From Promethearchaeota archaeon (GTDB lineage: Archaea; Asgardarchaeota; Lokiarchaeia; Sigyniarchaeales; SOKP01): a DNA stretch of 32,428 bases. The stretch lies in contig JALGVJ010000040.1 in NCBI GenBank assembly GCA_029838195.1, forward strand, positions 1 to 32,428. Reading direction: 5' to 3'. The position numbers were made by a program, and so were the translations under genes. The notes below the pieces were generated by a model. That model worked only from the letters and a program-made list of their open reading frames with translations, searched no databases and was not told where the DNA came from. Below, in pieces: positions 18,115-27,798 of the stretch. Within the stretch, counting starts at the first letter, position 1. Each line of letters opens with the position of its first letter.

Positions 18115-20688
18115 TCATGTTATTTGCTCTAAGACCTCCATTAAAACTTTGGGGATATCTAAAATATTAAGAATGTAAACCATTTTACCTCGTGTGGTTT
18201 TTAAAATCCATTCCGCCATACTTTTTGAATAAGATCTTGTATTCACGCCCAATAAAAATTTTACATTTTGCGCTACATAAGTTTCTAAATTTTTAACAAT
18301 TTCATCATAAGATTCCGAGAATTCGCAATCTGTCAATAAAAAACACACCTTTAATTCTGATGTTGATTCTTTTAATTGCTCTCCACCCCATTCTAACGCT
18401 TTTTGTACTCTTGTCCCTCCACGAGCAGTCAAATCTAATAACTCATCTGCTAGCTCTTCTAGATTTTTATCATCTTTAAATTCCTTTACAATATGGGTGT
18501 TAGATTCAAAAAAACATGCCGCCACTTCTTCTGCCCTTAGCATACCAATTAAAACCATTACAGCAATTGAGCAAGCGGCTAATTTCATTCCACTCATAGA
18601 TCCCGAAATATCTAAAATAAAACAAATAGAAATTCTTCCCTTCTCCGTCTCTCTTACTAAAAGATCTTCCACGGATAGCATGTCTATAGATTTTCCTTGC
18701 ATGACAATATTTTCTATAGAAGCATCAATATCAATTAAATCCAAATCATCTCCTGGTATGAAAATGCGTAATTTATTGGAGGGGACCAATCCCTTTTCGC
18801 CGCTACCTCTCTGATTTGAGATAATGTTCATTGCAATTTGGATTAACGCTTCTTTGACTAAATTTCTCACAAAACTTTTCACTTTAGGAGGAATATCATG
18901 GCGATGTAAAAACCATTGTAATAATAAATTATCTCCGGGACCTGCTGATAAAGATTCTGAGAGCATTTGAGACGCATTAGGATCAATTTTTTCACAAACT
19001 TTAAAGGCATTTCCTAAATTTAAATGCCCCAAAGCCCCCAAAGCTTGAATATTATTAGTATTAATTGCTTTTTGAACGAGTTCATTAAATTGTTCAGAGG
19101 TTAGTGATTTTAACCCGTTTAATATTTTAAAATATCGGTGAAATGTACTCACCTTTTTTTCTAACATGATAAGTAATAATTCATACGTCCCTCCTAATAA
19201 TTCAATTATCTCTGTTTCAGGGATATTTAATTTTTTAGACATGTGGAGGATTTTTTGCTCATTAATGTTAATATTATTAGATAATAAAGTTTCTACTCCA
19301 ATCATGAATTGTTCTGGTGTAGAAGTATGGTTCAATGCTTTCATTCCCACTTCGCATGCTTTTTCTTTTAAAAATTCAGAACAAGATTCATTTTCCGATT
19401 CGAGAGCATAATTATTTAAATCGCGTGAAAGCTTTAACATTTTATTTATAGCTTCTCCATTTCCACTTAAGAATTCATTCATGCTTGAATTGATATTATC
19501 ATTTACCATTTGCTTCCATTTTAAACTTTCATTTCGAGCTTGATATAGTTCTGGTAAGGAAGGTTTAGAATTGCTTTTATTCCATTGGTCAAATAATTTA
19601 CTTGTGAAATTTGTTCCGTGTTTTCCATCTAAGGCTCGCGAGATCTTAAAAGATAACCCCATATCTTGTTTGAGGCTATTAGAAAAAACTTTTTTTTCAT
19701 TAATTTCTGGAACTTCATCAAGTACATTAACTATATCAGAAAGTTCCATCATGTTCGAAATCCTATTAATTAATTGTTTTGAAAAATCTTTCGCTAATTG
19801 AGGAGGCATTCCCGTTTCTTTTAAATATCTCGTAGTTTTAGCAGCTGTCCCAACATCTTCTCTTGATAATACTTGAGATATGTAATCTTGAAAATCGGGA
19901 TGATTTAAACCATGCATTAAAGAAGCTTTTATCCAAGGAATTTTTGTTTGATTCATTAGTTCTTTCCCCCATCCAATCCTGATGATGGCATTGATATCTC
20001 GAGGTGTAAGATTATTTTTTTCTTTCATTATCAATTGATAAAGATATTTTTTTAATTGCTCTAAGGTGTTTAATCCTTTTCCTACTAGCTCCTTATATCC
20101 ACTTCTATGCTCTAATAAATCAATTAAACTCTTGTAAGGTTCATTGCCTTTTTCTGCTTCCTCATATAAAGTATCAATGAAATCCATTATATTTGAAATC
20201 TCCTCCATCACTTGATCCATAACTTTATCGATCTGTACATCTTCTGATAAAATATCCATATCAGCTATTTCGGAAAGAAGATCATCTATAAAATCATCAA
20301 GGATAGCATCTTCACTTTCTCCCGTCAACTTTCCTTTATTAGTAGCAGATGAAGATGCCTCCCTTTTTTTTTTACGTTCCTTAGGAGTACTAAAAATGAT
20401 CTCAAAAGCAACTTTTTCTGCTATTTCTTGATCTTCGATAGGAGTAGTAATTACAGCAGCATTAATGAAATCTTCTGGAATTAAATTAATTTTTCTGTAA
20501 TACATTGCTGTCAATAGCTTAGGAATGGCAATCGCTTGCCGCGTACTGGGAGGATAAAGCAGTTTATCTTTCAATTTCCTCATTCTATATATAAATTCGA
20601 TAGCAAACGTTATGGGCGTCCATTCCAATACTTTATTATTCCAAAAATCTCCTATTTTTCCGGAATTATTTGTGCTCTTTTTAGTCAT
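18115..20688 (-). CDS. Large VWA-domain protein (CoxE-like MoxR partner) with N-terminal AAA-lid-like segment
   Basis: C-terminal MIDAS DISGSMSG, RGGT and LLTD; DLIDIDASIEN pre-VWA motif; helical middle region. Confidence 0.9.
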   Translation of the reverse strand: MTKKSTNNSGKIGDFWNNKVLEWTPITFAIEFIYRMRKLKDKLLYPPSTRQAIAIPKLLTAMYYRKINLIPEDFINAAVITTPIEDQEIAEKVAFEIIFSTPKERKKKREASSSATNKGKLTGESEDAILDDFIDDLLSEIADMDILSEDVQIDKVMDQVMEEISNIMDFIDTLYEEAEKGNEPYKSLIDLLEHRSGYKELVGKGLNTLEQLKKYLYQLIMKEKNNLTPRDINAIIRIGWGKELMNQTKIPWIKASLMHGLNHPDFQDYISQVLSREDVGTAAKTTRYLKETGMPPQLAKDFSKQLINRISNMMELSDIVNVLDEVPEINEKKVFSNSLKQDMGLSFKISRALDGKHGTNFTSKLFDQWNKSNSKPSLPELYQARNESLKWKQMVNDNINSSMNEFLSGNGEAINKMLKLSRDLNNYALESENESCSEFLKEKACEVGMKALNHTSTPEQFMIGVETLLSNNININEQKILHMSKKLNIPETEIIELLGGTYELLLIMLEKKVSTFHRYFKILNGLKSLTSEQFNELVQKAINTNNIQALGALGHLNLGNAFKVCEKIDPNASQMLSESLSAGPGDNLLLQWFLHRHDIPPKVKSFVRNLVKEALIQIAMNIISNQRGSGEKGLVPSNKLRIFIPGDDLDLIDIDASIENIVMQGKSIDMLSVEDLLVRETEKGRISICFILDISGSMSGMKLAACSIAVMVLIGMLRAEEVAACFFESNTHIVKEFKDDKNLEELADELLDLTARGGTRVQKALEWGGEQLKESTSELKVCFLLTDCEFSESYDEIVKNLETYVAQNVKFLLGVNTRSYSKSMAEWILKTTRGKMVYILNILDIPKVLMEVLEQIT

Positions 20689-20711
20689 GAAAACCTCCCA
20701 TTATACTCTTA

Positions 20712-21635
20712 TTACGCCACGCCAACTACATTTGTAAGAATTTTTTTTAAAAAGTTGTTGACATTCCTTCCTGGCCGCAATTCTATCGAGTCTGGAATGA
20801 TTAATCTTGCACATTCCGCAATGAGCTTATTATCTACGGATGTATTTAAACGCTGGGCACGTTGAGATACAAAACGGGCAAGTCCTATGCTAGTTCGCAA
20901 GCTTGGAGGTTTTTCGACCATTGGATCTTCCCGGATAGCGATCATTAATTCGATGATCTTTTCTTGCGTCATAGCTGAGAGTTGATACTCTGGGCAATTT
21001 GCTACCATAATTTTTTGTTCTAAAGATCTAGGCGGATAATCCAAATGTATCCACACCTTAATTCTATCCTTGATTGCAGAGGGTAGCTTTCGAGTTCCTT
21101 TCAGCTCTGATGGATTCATAGCGGCGATGACATAAAACTCGCCTTGAACCTTTAACCATGTTTTTAGCTGGGGAATATAGAGGCGTCCTTCCTCCATGGC
21201 ATCTAACATGCTATTTAAAACGTATTCATCGCCTCGATTTAATTCATTAGCTAAAAATATTCCTCCTTTTAATGCGGCTAAAGTAAAGGGCCCTGGAATG
21301 TAAGAATCTGCAGAAAAACCATATTTAAACACGAGGGTAGGATCAAATGATCCGATTAATGTTGCTGGGCGTACGAGATCGGAAAAAGTTACCCAATAGA
21401 ACTCTCTATTTAAATCATATGCAAATTTTCTACACAATGCCGTTTTGCCACACCCTACTGGTCCAACTAATCCAACATATAAACCCGCGTTATATGCATC
21501 TATCATGGCTTCATAAGCATAGCGATATTGTCCTTCCAATACTAAATTTATATCTTCTCGGATATCCGAGATTTCATGTAGTTTCATTAATTTGGAAAAT
21601 TCACTTTTTTCATTTTCTTTTTCTTTTTTAGACAT
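20712..21635 (-). CDS. MoxR-family AAA+ ATPase
   Basis: Walker A GPVGCGKT, Walker B-like FLANELNR, AAMNP, LPSAIKDR, sensor II PPSLR. Confidence 0.93.
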   Translation of the reverse strand: MSKKEKENEKSEFSKLMKLHEISDIREDINLVLEGQYRYAYEAMIDAYNAGLYVGLVGPVGCGKTALCRKFAYDLNREFYWVTFSDLVRPATLIGSFDPTLVFKYGFSADSYIPGPFTLAALKGGIFLANELNRGDEYVLNSMLDAMEEGRLYIPQLKTWLKVQGEFYVIAAMNPSELKGTRKLPSAIKDRIKVWIHLDYPPRSLEQKIMVANCPEYQLSAMTQEKIIELMIAIREDPMVEKPPSLRTSIGLARFVSQRAQRLNTSVDNKLIAECARLIIPDSIELRPGRNVNNFLKKILTNVVGVA

Positions 21636-21671
21636 AATTCCCTCAAAATTAAATTTTAATTGTTTTCCATA

Positions 21672-22190
21672 TTAATTTTTAAAAAATCTCTCAGTAGTTG
21701 TTGGTTGAATAACAACTGGGAGGTCATAGTTCAATTTTTTGATGACATTCGTTATTTTTAAATATTCATCTTTAGTTAATACCGTTCTCCGCTCAAAATT
21801 TAACCTATTCATGATGTATTTTCCTATAAATGTAGCCTTGAGTCCAGAAACATCATATTTTTTTCCTTTTCTTAATACCTTACATTTGCGGAGTTCTTCA
21901 ATGCGTTTGAATAAGATTAATTTTGCCAAAGGATTCCAAAATTCCTTTTTTTTTAATTCTTCCAACAAGAAATCGCCGTGGTTTAATTGTTCGTTTTTGA
22001 TTAAAAGAAGACTTTCTTTTAGGAAATTTATGTGTAATTTTCTTTTAAAATCCTCTAATGAAATGTAGTTAGAAGCAGATTCTTTAGCGCGATTAATTAC
22101 TCCTTTTATCTTCTCTTTATTTCCTAAATAGATTTCTCCAACTTGGATTTCAAAATCTTTTACAATATCTTCTATTTCTTCTTCACTCAT
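21672..22190 (-). CDS. Hypothetical protein in the Rad50-like/MoxR/VWA cassette
   Basis: 172-aa ORF 9 nt downstream of the ATPase stop, co-oriented. Confidence 0.8.
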   Translation of the reverse strand: MSEEEIEDIVKDFEIQVGEIYLGNKEKIKGVINRAKESASNYISLEDFKRKLHINFLKESLLLIKNEQLNHGDFLLEELKKKEFWNPLAKLILFKRIEELRKCKVLRKGKKYDVSGLKATFIGKYIMNRLNFERRTVLTKDEYLKITNVIKKLNYDLPVVIQPTTTERFFKN

Positions 22191-22199
22191 GGTTTTTCC

Positions 22200-24743
22200 T
22201 TAAACAATTTCTATTTTTTTATTACATTTAATTTTATCTACATCTTGATGAGTAATGAGCAAGACCTGATGGTCCTTAAGAATATTTGCTAAATTTGATA
22301 ATAAATTTACGCGATTGAATCGATCCATAAATTCCGTGGGTTCATCAATGAGTAAAAAAGGAGCTTTTCCAATTATATTACCTAGTGAAAATTTATATGA
22401 AATGCCAAGAATTAATTTTTGTCCTCCTCCTTCATATAACCATGAAGGATAAAATTCTTTTTCAGGCATGCCTTTGGGAGTTGCATATAAACTATAATCA
22501 TCTTTATCCACGTGAATTTTTTTAAATTCTTTTGTTGTTGAGAGAAGATCATGAAATTCCAGAATGTGTTTTTCTAAAATCGAACAAGCATTTTCCCGGA
22601 TCATTCCTTGAATTTCTTTAAAGACTTCTTGATAAAATCGGTATTTTTTAACTAATTTTTCCTTTTTTTCTAAAATTTCAATTTCTTTTGCAGTCTTGGC
22701 AATTTCTTTATCTAATCTTTTCAAATTATTTTTAATTTCTTCTAGATGAGTTTCCATGGTGTCTTTTTGTTGATGTAAATGATCAATGCTCGTTGAAATT
22801 TCTGAAATTTTTGCAATCGTGAATTCTTTCAAATGTTCCTTGATATCCGTGATAGTTTCCATTGAAAAATTATTTTCAGCATTGCCGATTTTTGTAATAA
22901 TAGTCGTAAGTTCCTCAGTAACCGACTTTTTCTCATTCGTTTCTTTATTTTTGAAAGAATTCGCGATATCGGTTAAATTAGTTTTCACGGTTAAAAAAGT
23001 GGAAATTAAAGATTGTTTTTTCTCTACATGATTCTTTTCAATTTCACGTGATTCTATTTCTACATTTTGAAATTTCTTTTTTAAATCATTAAATCGATTT
23101 AATTGACCCCTAAATTCATTATATTTTATTTTTAGCCCACTTTCTTCCTCTCTTAATTTATTTAATTCTTGTTTTTCGGAATTAATGGAATTTTCTAAGG
23201 ATTGATGGGATATTGATAAGTTTTCGAGGATTTTTTCAAAATCTTGATTTAATTCGTTATTTAATTGAGCTTCTAAACTTTTAATTTTGTGGAGAAGGAC
23301 TTCTAAATTTACAAGTCTTTTATTTAATTCTTTTTCATTTTTTCTCAACTCATTCATTCGTTTTGTCATCGATTCCTTCTTTTTTTCATTGTTCCTGATT
23401 TCATCGTTAATTTTGTTTAATTTTGACTTGTATTTTTTAATATCTTCGGTGATTTTAGAGGGATCGATTGGATTTCCACAATATTCGCAAATAGGTTTAT
23501 ACTTCGACTCTTCTCTTCGTTTTAATATTCCTTCAATGTCTCCCTTTTCTCTTTCTGCGTTTCTAAAATATTCTTGTAAATTATTGTTTTCTTTTTCCAA
23601 TTGTGATAATTCCTTACTTATTTCTTGTAATTCTGCTTTCATGTTAATTACTTTTTTTTCAATTACTTCACTATTTCCTGTCTCTTTTGTAATGTCGTCA
23701 ACTTCTTTTAAAATTCCCATTTTTTTCATTTTTAAATTCTCGACTTGCACTTTTTCGCTTTCTAAACTTCTTATTTCTTTTTCTATGGTATCAATTTTTT
23801 TCTCGGATTCAATTAACGTTTTTTTTATGGATTCCAATTTATTTTTCACGTTTTCTACTTGTTTTTCGATTTCTTGATGAGTCCCATGGTTTTTCTCATG
23901 TTCTTTAAGTTCGTTTTTTAACATTTCCTCTTTCAACCGAATATTTTCCAGATCTTTCATAATTTTTTCAAAATTTTCAATGGATTCATTAAGAAATTGG
24001 GAATAGTCTTTAATTTGATTAAATTGATTCAACTCCTGTTCTTTACTTAATAATATCACAGCAATGTTCTCTTGCTCTTTTTTTTGAGAAGCAAAACTCT
24101 TCTGATACTCCGTTTTTTCTTTTCTTGCTTGTTCTAAAGTTGCCTTTAAAGCATCCTTGTATTTTATCTCTTTTTCAAGTTCTAAGGCATATCCCCCAAA
24201 TTCATCAGCTAAAGCACTTGCTGCTTTTATTCCGAAAACAATATCTAATTTCTTATCCCCTCTCAAGATCTCCGATACTGATCCTTGATAAAAATGAACA
24301 CCTGTTTCAAAAAACCGCTTTGATATGCCTAATAATTCCTTAATCTTTAATGACAAATCTTCTTCACGGTCTCCATGATCTGAACTCAATAAATAGATTT
24401 CACCGTCATCTACTATTTTTTTTAATGTAAAATATCCCTTAGCGGAACGTGATTTTCCTGACAACTTATGAACCCGTTGTAATTTGTAAAGAGCTCCATC
24501 TCTACCCTTAAATGTTAATTGAACACCCACGGCATTTTTATTAAAATTTGTGAGCTGAGAAATTTTTTTAAATCCATGCACCCCTCCAAACAAGCAATAT
24601 TCAATCCCATAAAAAATAGTAGATTTACCCGCATTATTTTTTCCATGAATTAAATTAAAATTCTCATCTAGTTCTATGGTAATATCTTCATGCTTTCTAA
24701 AATTCTTTAACCTAATTGATTCTATCATGATTTTTATCTCCAC
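22200..24743 (-). CDS. Rad50/SbcC-like SMC-family ABC ATPase with zinc hook (start possibly ATG 24728)
   Basis: IRLKNFRKH, Walker A GKNNAGKST, Q-loop FYQG, long coiled coils with central CEYC, atypical signature YEGGGQ, Walker B LLIDEPT, H-loop LITH. Confidence 0.92.
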   Translation of the reverse strand: MEIKIMIESIRLKNFRKHEDITIELDENFNLIHGKNNAGKSTIFYGIEYCLFGGVHGFKKISQLTNFNKNAVGVQLTFKGRDGALYKLQRVHKLSGKSRSAKGYFTLKKIVDDGEIYLLSSDHGDREEDLSLKIKELLGISKRFFETGVHFYQGSVSEILRGDKKLDIVFGIKAASALADEFGGYALELEKEIKYKDALKATLEQARKEKTEYQKSFASQKKEQENIAVILLSKEQELNQFNQIKDYSQFLNESIENFEKIMKDLENIRLKEEMLKNELKEHEKNHGTHQEIEKQVENVKNKLESIKKTLIESEKKIDTIEKEIRSLESEKVQVENLKMKKMGILKEVDDITKETGNSEVIEKKVINMKAELQEISKELSQLEKENNNLQEYFRNAEREKGDIEGILKRREESKYKPICEYCGNPIDPSKITEDIKKYKSKLNKINDEIRNNEKKKESMTKRMNELRKNEKELNKRLVNLEVLLHKIKSLEAQLNNELNQDFEKILENLSISHQSLENSINSEKQELNKLREEESGLKIKYNEFRGQLNRFNDLKKKFQNVEIESREIEKNHVEKKQSLISTFLTVKTNLTDIANSFKNKETNEKKSVTEELTTIITKIGNAENNFSMETITDIKEHLKEFTIAKISEISTSIDHLHQQKDTMETHLEEIKNNLKRLDKEIAKTAKEIEILEKKEKLVKKYRFYQEVFKEIQGMIRENACSILEKHILEFHDLLSTTKEFKKIHVDKDDYSLYATPKGMPEKEFYPSWLYEGGGQKLILGISYKFSLGNIIGKAPFLLIDEPTEFMDRFNRVNLLSNLANILKDHQVLLITHQDVDKIKCNKKIEIV

Positions 24744-24753
24744 TTTAACTTCC

Positions 24754-24975
24754 CTAGATTAAATCTTCTTGAATTAAATTCGATTCAAAAAGCTCCTTGA
24801 TTCTCTTCCTCAAATTTTCCCGCGCTTTTTTCACTAAATTAAATGTTTTCGTTAAATTATTCTCATCGTCATATAAAAAATTAGTATACTCAAAAAGACG
24901 AATTAGATTTTCTTTCTCACTCTCCTCTAAATCAAACTTTTCCAATAATTCTGATATTTTAATTTCAAAACTCAT
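24754..24975 (-). CDS. Small acidic helical hypothetical protein, first gene of the cassette
   Basis: 73-aa ORF ending 10 nt before the ATPase start. Confidence 0.7.
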   Translation of the reverse strand: MSFEIKISELLEKFDLEESEKENLIRLFEYTNFLYDDENNLTKTFNLVKKARENLRKRIKELFESNLIQEDLI

Positions 24976-25552
24976 TTCTTTTCATTTTAGTCTTTTCTTC
25001 TTGAGTTAAGTTTATTTGATTCTGTTTCATTTTTAAATTTTTTATTGACCTATTATTAATTCTTCTTCATCGAGTTTATGTCTTAATTTTTTTACCGGAT
25101 AAAGTCTCACCATCTATCTTGTTTTTCAAGGCTTTAAATGATAGGGGGATCTTTAATTTTTCATAAACTAAATAGGATAAAAAGATCTGATTTAAAAGAA
25201 GTGAAGTTGGTGGATCCTTTTCTAAAATTTTAGGATATTCTCTTCTCATGAAAAATATTATCTCATCAAAATTAACATTTTAGCGAATCAAAAAACTAAA
25301 AATATTCATTTTGTTCGCACCTATTTCAAGCTTTTATTCTTATAATTCAGGAGGAAAAGAATTAAGAAAAGAAAAAAACTAAATGTGAATTATTATGAAT
25401 AAAAAATGCTTTCTCAAGTAATATATTATTAATTAGTCTACCTATAATTAAATGTATTTTAATATATTTTAAAGTTCATTGTTGTTAAAATATTAACTCT
25501 TACTTCATTACAAATAATAACGAATTAATAATGCTTTAAAATTAATGGCATC

Positions 25553-26428
25553 TTGTCGTTAAAATCTTCAATTACGGGAAACACAAAGGTATTATGCGTG
25601 ATTGGGCATCCCATTGCACATTCCATGAGTCCTATCATGCATAATGCGGTAATCCAAGATTTAAAGCTGGATTTTGTATACGTGGCATTTGATATCTTGC
25701 CAGAACATCTCGAAAAAGCAGTGGAAGGTTTTAAAGCTTTGGGGATTAAAGGAATCAATGTTACCATTCCTCATAAAATTGCTATAATGAAATTATTAGA
25801 TGAGATTGACCCTCTTGCTGAAAAAATAGGTGCTATAAATACCATAAAAAATGAAAATAATCATTTAATTGGTAAAAATACAGATGCCTTGGGCGCAAAA
25901 GTAGCTTTATTAAATGCGGGTTTTGATATAATGGAAAAAAATGTTTTAATCATTGGAGCTGGAGGAGCAGCAAGAGCCATTGCTTTTTCCTTGTCTAAAG
26001 AATGTAAAAAAATTGTTATATTAAACCGAACGGAACAAAAAGCTTTCAGTTTAGCAAGAGATCTAAAAAAAATTGCCACTATTCCAATAGAAGGTAAAAA
26101 ATTAAATGAACAGCATCTAAAGCAATATTTATTTCACTCAGATTTACTTATAAACACCACATCAGTAGGGATGGCTCCCAACACCAACACGATTTTAATT
26201 CCTAAGGAATGGCTATCCTCCCATCTCTTTGTATTCGACGTGATATACAACCCCTTAGAAACAAAACTGATAAAAGATGCTAAAGAAATAGGGTGTAAAA
26301 CACTTGGTGGATTAGACATGTTAGTCAATCAAGGAGCTTTAGCATTTGAATGGTGGACGGGGGAAAAACCAAATAAAATCCTAATGAAAAATAAAATTAT
26401 TGAATTTTTAAATTTAAAACAATGTTAG
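25553..26428 (+). CDS. aroE: Shikimate dehydrogenase
   Basis: GHPIAHSMSPIMHN, GINVTIPHK, GAINT, NTD, GAGGAARA, DVIYNP. Confidence 0.97.
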   Translation: MSLKSSITGNTKVLCVIGHPIAHSMSPIMHNAVIQDLKLDFVYVAFDILPEHLEKAVEGFKALGIKGINVTIPHKIAIMKLLDEIDPLAEKIGAINTIKNENNHLIGKNTDALGAKVALLNAGFDIMEKNVLIIGAGGAARAIAFSLSKECKKIVILNRTEQKAFSLARDLKKIATIPIEGKKLNEQHLKQYLFHSDLLINTTSVGMAPNTNTILIPKEWLSSHLFVFDVIYNPLETKLIKDAKEIGCKTLGGLDMLVNQGALAFEWWTGEKPNKILMKNKIIEFLNLKQC

Positions 26429-27321
26429 GTAAAAAAGTCACTATAATCGGAGGCTCTGGCGGATTGGGTAGAGTCTTTGCTCGCATTTTTAAGAATAATG
26501 GCTTTAATGTATTGCTCATGGCTCGGAATGAGGATCGCTTAAAAAGAGTTGCTCAAGAACTAGGTGTGAATTATCAATTAGATCTTAAAACAAGTGTAAA
26601 AGATGCAGATATTGTCATGATTTCTATTCCTATAAAATCTACACCCAAGATGATTAAAAATGTCGCACCTTACTTAAAAGAAGATGCGATTTTGTTTGAT
26701 GTTGCTTCTCTGAAATCTTTGGCGTGTAAAGAGTTAGAAATTGCTTGCAAGAAGTATCCGATAAATTGTATTTCCTTGCATCCAATGTTTGGTCCAGGAA
26801 TTAAGAAATTCAAAAACTACGTGATAATATTACTAAGAATTGGGGGTACCGTCTATTTTAATCTAAAGGTAAATGTGCTCATGGATTTATTAAAAAAAGA
26901 AGGATTTATCATCACGGAAACTACGCCGGAAATTCATGATAAAAAAATAGCTCTTACCTTGGGAATACCTCACATGTTAAATATCCTTTTTTTATATCTC
27001 TTGCGAAAAACAAGTAATTCGCTTTCAGAATTAACGAATTATACAGGTACCACGTTTTTACTTCAAAAAGTATTTGCTGAAAGCATCATCCAGCGAGAAA
27101 TGGAAATGTTTGGTGATATTCAAATGGAAAATCCTCAATTTCATAAAATCTTAGATCTTTTTGAAAATGTTGTTAAAGAATATAAAAAAATCATTCGTGG
27201 GAGAGACGCTGAAGGATTTAAACGAATTTTTACTGAAGGATTAAATTATTCAAAGGAAGACAAGCATTTTGAAAAATCTTATGATTATTTCTATCAATTC
27301 ATGAAAATCTTGAAAGAATGA
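26422..27321 (+). CDS. tyrA: Prephenate/arogenate dehydrogenase
   Basis: IIGGSGGLG, FDVASLK, SLHPMFGP, HDKKIA...LGIPH; overlaps the aroE stop. Confidence 0.92.
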   Translation: MLGKKVTIIGGSGGLGRVFARIFKNNGFNVLLMARNEDRLKRVAQELGVNYQLDLKTSVKDADIVMISIPIKSTPKMIKNVAPYLKEDAILFDVASLKSLACKELEIACKKYPINCISLHPMFGPGIKKFKNYVIILLRIGGTVYFNLKVNVLMDLLKKEGFIITETTPEIHDKKIALTLGIPHMLNILFLYLLRKTSNSLSELTNYTGTTFLLQKVFAESIIQREMEMFGDIQMENPQFHKILDLFENVVKEYKKIIRGRDAEGFKRIFTEGLNYSKEDKHFEKSYDYFYQFMKILKE

Positions 27322-27369
27322 AGGCCTCCTGATTAAAAAAATAAAAATAAAAAATTAAAAAATGATTAT

Positions 27370-27771
27370 TTAATCATGAATTTTTTTCCCACATGCGGGA
27401 CAATATCGCTGATCCACATTATTCTCCAACTCTGCTCCACAATTCATGCAAAATCTCGCTTCTTCTTGTAATAATACTTGTTTTTTAGGAAAATCCGTTT
27501 GAGCCGTTGTAATTGAAACCTTTTGATAAGGAGCTGATTTCACAGACTCTGAATTTTCTGGAGCGGAGGGGGAAGATGACAATAATAATTCTTGGCATTT
27601 AGTTCCACAATAAATACACCGATTAGGTTGTTTATCCAAATAAATCATGAGATAAATGAATAAACCGAACCCTGCAGTAAAAACAAGTAACAAAATCGCA
27701 AGACCTACCTTGAAATCCTCTTTTTTCATGTAAACATTTTTTTGGCAATATGGACAATAACCCATGGTCAT
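27370..27771 (-). CDS. LITAF-like zinc-ribbon membrane protein with C-terminal double zinc ribbon
   Basis: CPYC, hydrophobic hairpin, CIYC, linker, then CMNC...CPAC. Confidence 0.85.
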   Translation of the reverse strand: MTMGYCPYCQKNVYMKKEDFKVGLAILLLVFTAGFGLFIYLMIYLDKQPNRCIYCGTKCQELLLSSSPSAPENSESVKSAPYQKVSITTAQTDFPKKQVLLQEEARFCMNCGAELENNVDQRYCPACGKKIHD

Positions 27772-27798
27772 TTTCTTTTTACCTCTTAATATTAATTT

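Noticed and set aside
25076-25249. 57-aa minus-strand ORF (MRREYPKILEKDPPTSLLL...) upstream of the cassette
   Set aside because: Short, no motif, and 100 nt from the next gene; cannot be supported without homologues.
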